From the human T2T-CHM13v2.0 reference genome, Homo sapiens, in assembly GCF_009914755.1 (NCBI RefSeq), contig NC_060936.1: DNA of 64,000 nucleotides. One strand, written 5' to 3'. Shown in pieces: positions 1 through 23,537 of the stretch. Positions within the stretch are counted from its first letter, which is position 1. Each line of letters opens with the position of its first letter. The position numbers were made by a program, and so were the translations under genes. The notes under the pieces are model-generated. The model did no database searches and was not told where the DNA came from. It was given only the letters and a program-made list of their open reading frames with translations.

Positions 1-485
1 AAGTTCCCGGAGGGTGACGCACCAGGGAGGGCGTGGAAGCTCCGCCCCCCTCCCCACACCTCACCCTACACATGTCCTCATTTGTATCCTTTGCAATGTC
101 CTTTATAATAAACCAGTAAACACATTGTTTCCCTGAGTTCTGTGAGCTACTCCAGCAAATTAATTGAACTCCAAAGCAGGGGTTGGCAGGGGTGGGAACT
201 CCAACTTGAAGCTGGTTGGTCACAAGTTTTGGAGCCTGGACTTGTGACTAGTGTCTGAAGGGAGCTGCAGCCTTGGGGGCCCAGACCTTGGCCTGTGGTA
301 TCTGACACTATCTCTAGGTAGATAGTGTCGGAATTGAATTGGAAGACACCCTCTTGGTGTCTGCTGTGGAACTGCTTGCTTGCTTGCTGGTGCAGAGAAA
401 TTCTCAAATATTTTGGGGTCACAGAAGTCTTCTGTGTCAACTGTTGTGAGAGCTGAGGAAAAATGGTTTTAGAGTTTGTCTAGAA
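1..485 (+). mobile_element. MER21-family LTR (3' part)
   Basis: Characteristic tttccctgagttctgtgagct...agcaaattaattgaac and tatctctaggtagatagtgtcggaattgaattg; AATAAA at 107. Confidence 0.75.
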
Positions 486-615
486 CAGTTATACATTTTT
501 TTTTTTTAAGATGGAGTCTTGCTCCATTGCCCAGGCTGGAGTGCAGTGGCGCAATCTCGGCTCACTGCAACTTCCACCTCCTGGCTCAAGCGATTCTTCT
601 GCCTCAGCCTCCTGA

Positions 616-864
<249 letters not shown>

Positions 865-955
865 TGAAGATTAAATGAGAGAACATGTAAACATCATATA
901 GTAGCTACTACTTAAATATTATTTAAGGTGACTTTGTTAATATGCTTAGTGATTA

Positions 956-1072
<117 letters not shown>

Positions 1073-1586
1073 CTACAAAAAAAAAAAAAAAAAAATGTAA
1101 AAATTAGCCAGGTGTGGTAATATGCGCCTGTAGTCCCAGATACTCATGAGGCTGAAGTGGGAAGATTGCTTGAGCCCAGGGGGTTAAGCCTGCAATGAGC
1201 CAGCACTGCATTACTGAATTGTTGGGCAACAGAGTAATGAGACCCTGTCTCAAAAAAATAAATTAATTAAAGGGAGAGTTGCTCTGGGTTTGAATCCTGC
1301 CTAAGCATATTACTAGGTGACCTTGAGGAAGTTACTAAACCTCTCTGAACCTGGTTGTTGTTGTTGTTGTGTTTTTTTTTTTTGTTTTTTTTTGTTGTTG
1401 TTGTTGAGACAAGGATCTCACTATGTTGCTCAGGCTGGAGTGCAATGGTGCAATCTTGGCTCACTGCGGCCTCAACCTCCTGACCTCAAGCAATCTTCCT
1501 GCCTTGGCCTCCCAAAATGCTGGGATTATAAGCGTGTGCCACCACACCTGGCAGTACCTCAGTTTCTTGATTTGTGAAATGGGAGT

Positions 1587-1762
1587 GTGGTGTACAGCTT
1601 CTAAGATGGCTCACAATGATTTCTGCCTCCTGGTATTGACATCTTTGAGCATGCCTCTCCTCTGGTATATGGGTTGAACCTGGTGACTTGCTTTTAACAG
1701 ATGATGGCAAAAATGATGGCATGTAACTTCTGAGATTAGGTTATACAACACTGTGACTCCCA
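1587..1762 (+). mobile_element. MLT1 (MaLR) LTR 5' fragment
   Basis: tgtggt...ctaagatggctc...ctcctggtatt...gtgacttgct...tgagattaggttata resembles the MLT1F/G/H 5' end. Confidence 0.6.
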
Positions 1763-1911
1763 TCAAAGGGAAGCCCTGAAGTTTATCTACCTGGTCATGA
1801 CTTCACACATTTCACCATGCACTTTCCTCCCCAAATCGCCCAGGGCTGCAATCCATCTTCCTACCATGGATCTAGAGTTCTATACAGTTGTTCCTAGTTT
1901 TGCTTTCTTTA

Positions 1912-2286
<375 letters not shown>

Positions 2287-2789
2287 CTACAAAAAAAAAA
2301 AAAAAAAAAAGTTAGCCAGACATGGTGGCACACACCTGTAGTCCCAGCTACTCGGTAAACTTGAGGTGAGAGGATCACTGGAGCCCAGGAGGTCCAGGCT
2401 GCAGTGAGCTGTGATTGTGCCACTGTACTCTAGTCTGGGTGACAGAGTGAGACCCTGTTTCAGAAAAAAAAAAAAAAAGAATAAAGGTGGGAGGAAACCA
2501 GATGATCACAATTAAATACAGACAGTTGTGCTACAAAGTGCTTCTTTAACATGAACTGGCTCACTGGTGATAGGTAACTTAAGGGAACGATGTCAGTGTA
2601 ATGCAGAAGTCATGTTGGTTTATATGTGACTTCTTTATTTTTAGTTTATTTTCAGTTATCTATTCTTTAATTTTTTTAAATTGAGCAGCCCCTAGAACCA
2701 AAAGAGGTTCAGAGGACTCCCCACCCTCTTTAGCTTTAATGTTTAACATGATCAGAAGCAAGCTTTCTCACAACTAGAGAATATTTTAG

Positions 2790-3146
<357 letters not shown>

Positions 3147-3249
3147 TAGTAGAGACGGGGTTTCACCATATTAGCCAGGATGGTCTTGATCTCCTGACCT
3201 CGTGATCTGCCCGCCTCGGCCTCCCAAAGTGCTGGGATTACAGGTATGA

Positions 3250-3489
<240 letters not shown>

Positions 3490-4231
3490 TGACCTCAGGT
3501 GATCCGCCCTCCTCAGCCTCCCAAAGTGTTGGGATTACAGGCGTGAGCCACATCGCCCCCCGAAGGACAATTTAAAAAGCATTATATTTGCAACAAGAAC
3601 AAAGAAAAAGCTAGGCTTCTTTGGGCCTGAGGGGTCAGGTTGGAGGTAACAGAGAAAGCAGAATTCCCTCAGGCCTTTTCACCTCTGTTTCCTATCAAAG
3701 AGAATCATTTTTTTTGCACTAAGGAGCAGTGGAGCCTTTGGGGACATGGGGGAAGTGAGCTCAAGAGAAGCAAAGAAACCCAGCAAGCACCAGACTAATC
3801 TAAAAGGGACCAGATATGACAGCCAAAGGCACTGCAAGAACTTGTAAATGGGATTTCTGTTGGTGACATAGGAGCTTCTGAGAAAGAGAAAGGGGTCGGG
3901 AACCTGAAGGGGCCATGGAAGGAAGGTGGAGTCCATAAAGCAATGGTGAGCTTGATGTGACTCCCCAGCAAAGTTCTAGAACACACTATTACGGCCTGTT
4001 TGGGGGGCTTTGAACTCGAAACAGCAAGCATTAGAAGTCAGAATGGGACTACTGAGAGCAAGCTGGGTCAGATAAGCTGCACAGCCTTCTTAGACTGAGA
4101 TTCCAGGTTCCTAGACAGGGAAATTAAACAGTTAGTTCAACAAGAATTTACTGAGTGTGTACTCTGTGCCAGGCTCTGGGCTTCTATCAGTGAACAACAC
4201 AGGCAAAAACCCTTACCTTTAAAGTTCCTGC

Positions 4232-5078
<847 letters not shown>

Positions 5079-5313
5079 AAACCCTCTGTTTATATAATTT
5101 ACATTTTTAGAGGGGGAAGACAGACAATAAATAAAATAAGGCCGGGCGCGGTGGCTCATGCCTGTAATCCCAGCACTTTGGGAGGCCGAGGCGGGTGGAT
5201 CATGAGGTCAGGAGTTTGGCACCAGCCTGACCAACATGGCAAAACCCCGTCTCTACTAAAAATACAAAAATTAGCTGGGTGTGGTGGCGTATGCCTGTAG
5301 TCCCAGCTACTCA

Positions 5314-5442
<129 letters not shown>

Positions 5443-5888
5443 TTAAATAAGTAAAAGATATGCTATATTAGACGTTAATTAGCGCTATGTAGAAAAATAA
5501 GCAGAAAAGAGGATGGAAAGCTGGGATGTGGTTGGAGTTGTGGTTTTAGAGAAGGTTGTCAGGGGAAGCTTTACTGATGAGGTGACTTGAGTGAAGACCT
5601 AAAGAAGGTAAGGGAGGCAGTCATGCAAAGAGCTGATTGAGGAACATTCCAGGCAGAGGGGACAGCAAGTTCATGGGAGGGCTGTCCACAGCACTGAAAA
5701 ACACCCCGGGGCCAGGCATGCTTGGCCTGTTAAATGCACAGTATGGAGGCCCCTGAGTGGGAGTAACGGGGAGAGGAGGAGCAGAGAAAGTCAAGGAGGC
5801 CTGTACAACACAGGCCTTGTAGGCCAAGGTAAGGGCTTTTTCAGGGAGTGAGGTGGGAAGCTTTTACAGGTTTTTGGGCAGAGACTGA

Positions 5889-6209
<321 letters not shown>

Positions 6210-6224
6210 TAGGTTTGTGTTTTA

Positions 6225-6340
6225 AAGCAATGCTTCTCAAACTTTCTTGTGCATAACAATCTCCTACAGATCTCGTTAAAATGCAGATTCTGATTCAGGA
6301 GATCTGAGGTGGGGCCTGATTTCCAAAGACCACACTTGTG
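6225..6340 (+). mobile_element. MER5A (hAT-Charlie) fragment
   Basis: caatgcttctcaaacttt...gttaaaatgcagattctgattcag...ggtggggcctga. Confidence 0.7.
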
Positions 6341-6522
6341 AAACCCTGAGACCACCATGTTGAGAGGAACCCCAATCCTGCCTGCTAGAGGATGAGAGGC
6401 CATATGGAGGAAAACCAAGCACCCCAGGCTCAGCTGACTGCCAGACATGTGAGGGAGACCATTTTGGCCCTTCTAGTCTAGCAGACCTTCCAGCAGCAAT
6501 ACATGATTGAAACAGGGATTGA

Positions 6523-6992
<470 letters not shown>

Positions 6993-7433
6993 TGAGAAAG
7001 TGGTGAGATTCTGAATATAATCTGAAGCAAAGACGGACAGGATTGGATGTGGGGTGGAGTCAAGGGTGAAGGCATGGAGTTATGTGAGAGGGGTAAGCCT
7101 GCAGGGGGAACAAATTTGGAAGAAACATGATTGCTTACTAGATATCAAAGTTCAGATATGAAGATTAGAATTTGGAGGCCAGGTGCGGTGGCTCACGCCT
7201 GTAATCTTAGCACTTTGGGAGGCTGAGGCCAGAGGATCACTTGACCTCAGGAGTTCAAGAGCAGCCTGGGCAACATAGTGAGACCTCAGCTCTATTTAAA
7301 AAAACACAAACAAGCCGGGCGCGGTGGCTCACGCCAGTAATCCCAGCAATTTGGGAGGCAGAGGCAGGCGGATCACCTGAGGTCAGCAGTTCAAGACCTG
7401 CCTGACCAACATGGAGAAACCCCATCTCTACTA

Positions 7434-7679
<246 letters not shown>

Positions 7680-8865
7680 TTATATATGGTACTAGAGGTT
7701 GAAAAGTCATTAGATATTTAAGACCATAGACTGGGTGAGATCACCCAGGAGTAAGTGCAGATAAAGAGAACCCAAGACTGAGCCCAAGGAGACTGGGGAG
7801 TAGCAGCCAAACAGCTTTTGCCATGCAGAGATCATAAACGACCTTTACAAGAGAAGTTTTGGTGAAGTGCTGGATACAAACCCGTAATTTAGGGTGGGTT
7901 CAAGGAAGAAATGGAAGGAGAGGAACTGAAGGCAGAATATAAATAAATGCTTACACAAAATTTCTCTGTAAAGGTGAGTAGAGAAAGGCTGTGACTGGAG
8001 GGGAAAGGGAATTCAAATTTGTTTGTTTTTCTGATGGGAGAAATGCCAGCATGTTTGCATACAGATGAGAATGACCCAGATGAGAGGCACAATTGATGAT
8101 GCACAAGAGTCCTTGAAGGGATGAGATCTAGAGCACAGAGGGGCTGGGGGGCTGGCTGCAGACAGCAGCAGAGACAGTGCCATTGGAATAGGAGGAAAAG
8201 CAGAGTATATGGGCACAAATGCAGGTGGCAGGTTGATGGTGAGGGTGCAAGCCTTTGGCAGTTCTCTTCTGATAACTTTAATTTGCTCAAGAAAATAGGA
8301 TCTTAACTGGGCCCAGTGGCTTGTGCCTATAATCCCAGCACTTTGAGAGGCCGAGTGGGGAGAACTGTTTGGGGCCAGGGCCAGGAGTTCAAGACAAGCC
8401 TGGGCAACATAGTGAGACCTTTGTATACATTTTTTTTTTTTGAGACAGTCTTGCTCTGTCACCCAGGCTGGAGTGCAGTGGTGCCACCTTGGGTCACTGT
8501 AACCTCCTCCTCCCAGGTTATAATGATTCTCTTGCCTTAGTCTCCCGAGTACCTGGGATTACAGGTACCCACCACTACACTTGGCTAATTTTTGCATTTT
8601 TAGTAGAGATGGGGTTTCACCCTGTTGGCCAGGCTGGTCTCGAACTCCTGACCTCAGGTGATCTGCCTGTCTTGGCCTCTCAAAGTGCTGGGATTACAGG
8701 TGTGAGCCACTGTGCCCAGCCTACCCATTCTAAAGTAAGATCTTAACTGGGCCCAGTGGTTTGCACCTATAATCCCAGCACTTTGAGAGTCCAATGTGGG
8801 AGGATCGCTTGAGGTCAGGAGTTTGAGATCAGGCTGAGAGCAACATAGTGAGACCTCCATCTCTA

Positions 8866-9060
<195 letters not shown>

Positions 9061-9359
9061 TTACAAAATAGGATGTAAGATAATCAGTTGAGAGTGAGGG
9101 TAGGAGGGGCTTAAGGAGAACTGAAGGTGCTGCAAGAGTAAATAGCATCAGAAAACATACAACAACATTATTTACAGGCCGGGCACAGTGGTGCATGCCT
9201 GTAATCCCAGCATTTTGGGAGGCTGAGGGCAGGTGGATCACCTAAGGTGATGGAGGTTGGGAGTTCAAGACCAGCCTGGCCAACATGGTGAAACCCCATC
9301 TCTACTAAAAATAAAAATTAGCTGGGCATGGTGGTGGGCACCTATAATCCCAGCTACTA

Positions 9360-9467
<108 letters not shown>

Positions 9468-9489
9468 TCAAAAAAAAAAAAGGAAGAAA

Positions 9490-12560
<3,071 letters not shown>

Positions 12561-13747
12561 TTTTTGAATTTTTATAAATGGAAAGTGTTCTATTAGAATT
12601 CTCATTAAAATCAAATTTTAAAATAAAAAATCCAGACATACTTAGAATGTCTATCTGGAGAGGAATGATGAAATAAATTACAGGCCATCCATTGTGGAAA
12701 CAGTTGCTAAAACGAATATGAGATCTACAATATTACTGGGACAGGATACATGGTTAGATGAAAAAAGCAAACTGCCAGGTGGTATATGTAGTAGGACTGC
12801 ATCTTTGTTTAAAAAAAAAAAAAAGTAAATTGGCAGAGTGCAGTGGCTTACACCCATAATCCCAGCACTTTTGGAGGCTGAGGTGGGAGGATTGCTTGAG
12901 GCCAGAAGTTTGAGTCCAGCCTGGGCAACATAGCGAGACCCCTGTCTCTCTGTATATTTTTTTTTAAGTAACTTTAAAAAACCCTATAAATATGCATATA
13001 TATGTTTGTACATAGAAAAGGTCTAGAAAGCTGTTCTCTGAGGGGCATGTATTACCTTTCAAATAAAAGAACATGCTTGGCAAGGTGGCTTACACCTATA
13101 ATCCCAGCAATTTGGGAGGCTGAGGCCAGAGGATCACTTGAGTCCAGGAGTTCAAGACCAACCTGGGCAACATGGCAAAACCTTGTCTCTACAAAAAATA
13201 CAAAAATTAACTGGGCATGGTGGCACGCACCTGTGATCCCAGCTACTTGGGAGGCTGAGGTGGGAGGATCACCTGAGTCTGGGAAGGTTGAGGCTGCAGT
13301 GAGCTGTGATTGAGCCACTGCTCTACAGCCTGGGTGAAACTGAGGCCCTGTCTCAAAAAAAGAAAAAAAGGACAAACAACAACAAAATAAACTAAGTTCA
13401 GGAAAGCTGGCATAAAAGGAGGAAATGGCTTATAGCTTTTCCCCCATTCTCTCCCGTTTCTACCCCATTTTTTTGTCCAAACAAAGGAATAATTATTAAA
13501 TAGCACTACAGTCTTTCCAAACCTTCCCTGCTCAGGTTCATAAGATTGAAGGCCCCACCCAAGTCCTAACCAATAGCAAATGACCTTCAAGATCTATTCT
13601 GTTCACTTACTCTTTTTTTTGTTAACCCAGATACTGGCTGGCTTCTTTGTGGTCCTTGTTCCCAGCTTGAGCTAAATCTCTTATCACTGAGGCATCAGAT
13701 CTTTTGCCACCTGAGTCTGCCAGCCTACTTATTTGCTCTAGAACTGC

Positions 13748-13762
13748 CCAGCAGAGGGCGGC
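13748..13762 (+). promoter_or_regulatory. CTCF core motif CCAGCAGAGGGCGGC in SMAGP intron
   Basis: Matches consensus CCASYAGRKGGCRS in non-repeat sequence, CpG retained. Confidence 0.6.
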
Positions 13763-13984
13763 TCCCCGAGTTCTTTCCATGGGAAGCCACCCTGGGACTC
13801 GGCCCCCTTTCTTCTGCCTTCTCTTTCATGTGCACCAGCCAGTTGGGTGGAGTGAGACCTTGGGAGCAGTACACCATGACAGAAAGAACACAGGCTTGCA
13901 GTAAATCAGACTTGGCGCAAAATCCTGCCTCTGCCATTACTAGCTGTGTGACCTTGGGAAATTTTTTTAATCTTTGAAAATTTA

Positions 13985-14286
<302 letters not shown>

Positions 14287-14632
14287 TTAACTCCCCTGAA
14301 CTTCAGTTTTTCCTTCCGTAAAATGAGACTAAAACTTGTTTCATTGGGTTGTGGTGAGGAATAAGTGCAATGAAAAATGCTGCTTTGGGAGGCTGAGATG
14401 GGAGGATCACCTGAGGCCAGGAGTTTGAGACCAGACTGGGCAACACAGTAAGACCTTATTTCTACAAAAAATTATTTTTAAAATAAAATAAAGAAAAATG
14501 CTAAGTGTCTAATACAAGGTGAGGACAACCTAGGCGGTAGCTGGTGTGATCATTTGGTGGCAAGAGATGAGCTTTACCTGGCACGGTGGGCAAAGCCCAC
14601 AAGGCACAGTTCCACTCTGCCCTACTTCGAAT

Positions 14633-14946
14633 AGGGCTGACTTATGCACTAGGCACAACAGGCACAGTGCCCTGGGCCCACAATGCTTCGAAAGGCCCAT
14701 GAAAATGTTTTAAATAATTTTCATTTCCTTTATAATTAGAAGAAGGAAAAGAAACAAAATTTTAGGTCAAAGAAATATTAAGGTTGTTATGCCATTCAAT
14801 TACTAATTATAAATATTAATTATATTATATTATATTCTTCCTTACACTGATGCAGTTGTAAAATATGATTTTTATTATTTTTTTAAGTGAAGGAGGAGCC
14901 CACAAAGACAGAAGTGCCCAGGGCTCAGGAGTCATAATGTGGCCCT
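14633..14946 (+). mobile_element. MER96B-like hAT DNA transposon
   Basis: Ends agggctgacttatg ... cataatgtggccct (terminal inverted repeats); internal ggcacagtgccctgggccca and AT-rich core. Confidence 0.6.
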
Positions 14947-15267
14947 TCCTTTCAAGGTTCCTGGAGGATATCTTCTCTAGGAAGTCTTTATAGACTGTGA
15001 GGGAGGAATAGGTGGGAAGGTGGGGGAAGAGAAATGCAAGACAGGGGTAGAAGAGAAGAGCTGGCCTTTAGTGATCCCATCATTTAAAGTATAAGCTTTC
15101 TTCCTATCTGTGATTTCTATTCTTTTGTCTATTGCTGTCTCTGAACTTACACTTGCTTGGACCCAGTGGATAGGAGACTGTCCTAAATCACTACTTCACT
15201 CATGTCACTCGCTGGATCAAGAATGCAGCCAGGTGAGGTGGCTTGCGCCTATAATCTCAACAACTCA

Positions 15268-15501
<234 letters not shown>

Positions 15502-15530
15502 TTAAAAAAAAAAAAAAAAAAAAAAGGTCA

Positions 15531-17720
<2,190 letters not shown>

Positions 17721-17724
17721 AATG

Positions 17725-19888
<2,164 letters not shown>

Positions 19889-20135
19889 CGACATAAAATT
19901 ATTTGATAAACCGAGGTTACAAAGATTTGTGAAGTCACCATGTCCATGTGACTTCAGATTAAAACCGTACTAAGGGGCACACTCTAGTTCCTGCTTCCTC
20001 CCAGGCCCTTCCTGTGTGAGGCAGGCAGAGAGAGGTGGGAGTCTTCCCACCTGGGCTGAGGCTTCCAGGACTGGTCTGGGGAAGGGGATGTTGAACAATT
20101 CTTTCTCACTGGGATTAGGAAAGGCCTTCACCTAC

Positions 20136-20169
20136 CTCTTGGAGAAGGAGTAGTCAGGAGGCTGGTCAT
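20136..20169 (-). CDS. SMAGP: SMAGP first coding exon, CDS part: MTSLLTTPSPR+G (phase 1); whole exon 20136-20207
   Basis: Minus strand reads cttcctacag|ATCTGCC...GTGACA ATG ACC AGC CTC CTG ACT ACT CCT TCT CCA AGA G|gtaggt. The peptide matches the recognised N-terminus of small cell adhesion glycoprotein. Remaining coding exons lie left of the window. Confidence 0.95.
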
Positions 20170-20479
20170 TGTCACTAGTGGTTGAGTTTCTTGGAGAAGA
20201 GGCAGATCTGTAGGAAGAGGGGCAAAGACAGGAATGTAGCGGGTGGGCCCCTATGGCTTTGAGTCCTGGAAGTCCCAGGAAAGCCTCTGGTGCCAGGTTC
20301 TCCCAAGTCCCTTCCCCTTTTCCTCTTGTCCTCTTCTGGTTTCCCTGAATATCTCCTCAGGCTCCAGGTACCAACAGCTCTCCACAGGAGCAGGTCTGAG
20401 GCCGCATGCAGTTTGACGGGGTGTTACCTTCATACGCTCTCTCCAGGTCCTTTCAATGGGCCACCAAATTTACTTAGAT

Positions 20480-21760
20480 CTCTCAAGGCCTGAGAAAGTC
20501 AGGCAAAGGTTCGCAAATCAGCAGCGAACCCAGTTTCGCCAAAGCGCGGTAACAGGTACCCTAGGGTTCCACAGCTAGGAGTTCTGGTGACGCCATCCAC
20601 CAGGTGTCAGGAGAGGGCCGGGAAGGTCAGGACCCGCGCCCAGGCTCCAGAGCGGAGTGGGCGCAGCGCAGTAGCCGGGCCGGGACCGGGAGGCGACGGC
20701 CGTGGGCCGCCTTCTGGCTCGCCTCGGACGCTGGGACGCCGGACTGGCCGCCCCCTCCGGGCCTGCTTTCGCCGTCCAGGGCGCGGTCCGCGCACAGCCT
20801 GCCAAGCCTCACTGGGCCCCAGCCCGCGCCCCGCGCCCCGGAGATCCTCGACGCCCCTGCGAACGCGGGGTGGACGCGACGGGCTGGGTTGGTCCTCGCC
20901 CCGCGGCCCCGCCCCCGTCCCCGCCCCCGCCCCGAGCCCCCCGCGTTACCAGCACCCCGCGGAGCGCGCTGCGCTGGGGGCGGCCGGTGCGTCGGGGAGC
21001 GGCGTTCCCAGCCGCCGCGACCCTCTGCCCCAGCGGAGCGCTGAGCTTCGGCCGCTCCGGGTTTCGGTTCCTGCCACGGCCGAGGTGGCTGCGGCGAATG
21101 TGGGCGACCCGGCTCTCCGGCGCCCCCGCCCTTCCCTCGTGCTCACCTTTCCAGTCGGACGGGCTGCTGGTGAAGGGCCGGCGCCGCTCCGCGCGTCCTT
21201 TTGAACTCAACGGGGGCGGGCACCGCGGAGTCGCGGAGGCCAGCAGAGGCCGAGCGAGGACCCCGAGCGGAGGAAGCCGCGGGTGGCGCGCGGGGTTGGC
21301 GCAGAGGCCGGAGGGGGTGGGGGGCAGGCCGACGGGGTGGGACAGGAAAAGCGGAGAGAAACCGCCCTCTGCAGGTCCCCTTGGCTCCCCCGGGAGGAAA
21401 GGCAGCCTGCCCTTCTCCGATTGTCACTTTACTCTCCATCCGGAGCCGCTTCCTTTCTCGCCGCGAGGCTCGGGGTTGGGGGGGGACCAGATTGGAGCCG
21501 CGGGCTAACTGGGATCCGTCCCATTTCCCTGGGCTTGACGTTCTCTGAATTTTTAGCTAATGTGGAAAGTTACATTTATTTGCATTTGTTTATCGCTTGC
21601 TCACATAGGTCTGTGTCCCGAAGCTTGGCAGATGAGCGAACTTAGCCAGCACACCCCCGGCCGTGAAGCAGGGAGGTGAAGCGGGGAGAGCAACGAGCCC
21701 CACCCGGGTCTTGCCAGCTGGACGTTCTTGTGGGGCAGCGTTGAGCAGCGGTTAGGAGTG
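20480..21760. promoter_or_regulatory. SMAGP: CpG island / SMAGP promoter with many GC boxes
   Basis: Sharp rise in GC and undepleted CpG; repeated CCCCGCCCC / GGGGCGGG motifs (e.g. 20907-20932, 21212-21220); no TATA box. Confidence 0.92.
21147..21310 (-). other. SMAGP: SMAGP non-coding exon 1 (5' end approximate)
   Basis: Strong donor GGAAAG|gtgagc at 21147/21146 inside the CpG island, ~940 nt upstream of the exon 2 acceptor. TSS inferred, not directly visible. Confidence 0.7.
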
Positions 21761-22240
21761 CCGTGGACTTTGGATTCAAACAGCCCCAGCTCTTCTGCTT
21801 GCTAGCTGGGTGACTTTGGGCAAATTAACATCTCGAAAATCTGTTTCCTCATTCCTAAAATGCGGGTCTGAAAGTGATCATGCCTGTAAAGCCATCTCAT
21901 ATCCATGGTTCTAGAAGCATGGTGAGCACCTCAATTTGAATAATCAGTGCCATGCTTTAGCTACCTCTTGACTCACTCGTTTGTGGCAGGAAATGTTCCC
22001 AAATTAATCAGAAGAATTCAGTGACTAAGAGGATGTAATAGTATATAGCGCAGGCACTGGAATCAGCTCTGCTGTGTGATCTTGGACAAGCTGCTTCTGT
22101 TCCGTTTCTCTTATCTGGGGCAATACCTGTCTGAATAGAGTGACTGTTGGGACGAAATAGGTTAGTAAATATGTACTGTAAGGCATTAGAACCTTGCCTG
22201 GCACATAGTAAGTGCTCAATAAACGCTAGGTCTTGTTACC
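21735..22240 (+). mobile_element. Two MIR fragments upstream of the SMAGP promoter
   Basis: gctgggtgactttgggcaaattaac...ctgtttcctcatt; cctggcacatagtaagtgctcaataaa. Confidence 0.7.
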
Positions 22241-22638
22241 TTGGCTTCCCGTTTAGGATTGGAACCCTTGTGATTATTCTTTCCCTCCCAGTGATAGACT
22301 TCTGTGCTTACTTCGCACTCCTAGGCGTTCTGTAGGTTTGTAAACCAGTATTTATACAGAAATACTTTCTGTAGAAAGACAGGCATCATCAGATTGTGCA
22401 TGTTAATCCGGGAACAGACCGAAAGGGAAGGTCTCAGAGGAGAGAGGCATAAAGGGAGAAAACAAAACAAAGTCACAAGCAAAGCAAGAGTAGTTGCTTT
22501 TATTCCTAAAGTGTTCATTATAAAAGAAACCAGAGGGCAGGGCACTGTGGCTCCCAGCACTTTGGGAGGCGGGTGGATCACTTGAGGTCAGTAGTTTGAG
22601 ACCAGTCTGGCCAACAAGGTGAAACCCTGTCTCTACTA

Positions 22639-22797
<159 letters not shown>

Positions 22798-23265
22798 TCA
22801 AAAGAAAAAAACAAACACAAATACAGGAGGAAAACAAACAATAAAAAAGTGATGAAATTCATTTTATATAAATATATTGTGAGAAATATATGTAAATATG
22901 TGCATGGGAAAATGCCAATCCAACCAAGAAAGGCAAAGAAAGTGATATGCCAGCTATGCATATGTAACTTAATAAAAGAAAGGTGAGCCTGGCTTGTCCT
23001 TAGATAAGAGAATATCCAAGAGAAAAGGAAATTAAAATCCTAGAGGGCTAAATCCAAAGGAGGACAATTGCTGGCATTGACATACTTCTAGCTGTCCACC
23101 TTGATCATGAATTCCAGGAGAAGTTCAGATCGTTCTTGGACCTGGGTCTGTCTCTTTCACATTTTCTATTATGTGTTGAAGATTGTTTAGAACTATAGAC
23201 TCAGCCAGGCGCGGTGGCTCACACTTGTAATCCCAGCACTTTGGGAGGCCGAGGCGGGTGGATCA

Positions 23266-23537
<272 letters not shown>

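Noticed and set aside
20575-21645. Long overlapping ORFs (up to 268 aa) in the CpG island
   Set aside because: Stop codons are rare in very GC-rich DNA; Pro/Arg/Gly/Ala composition with no domain.
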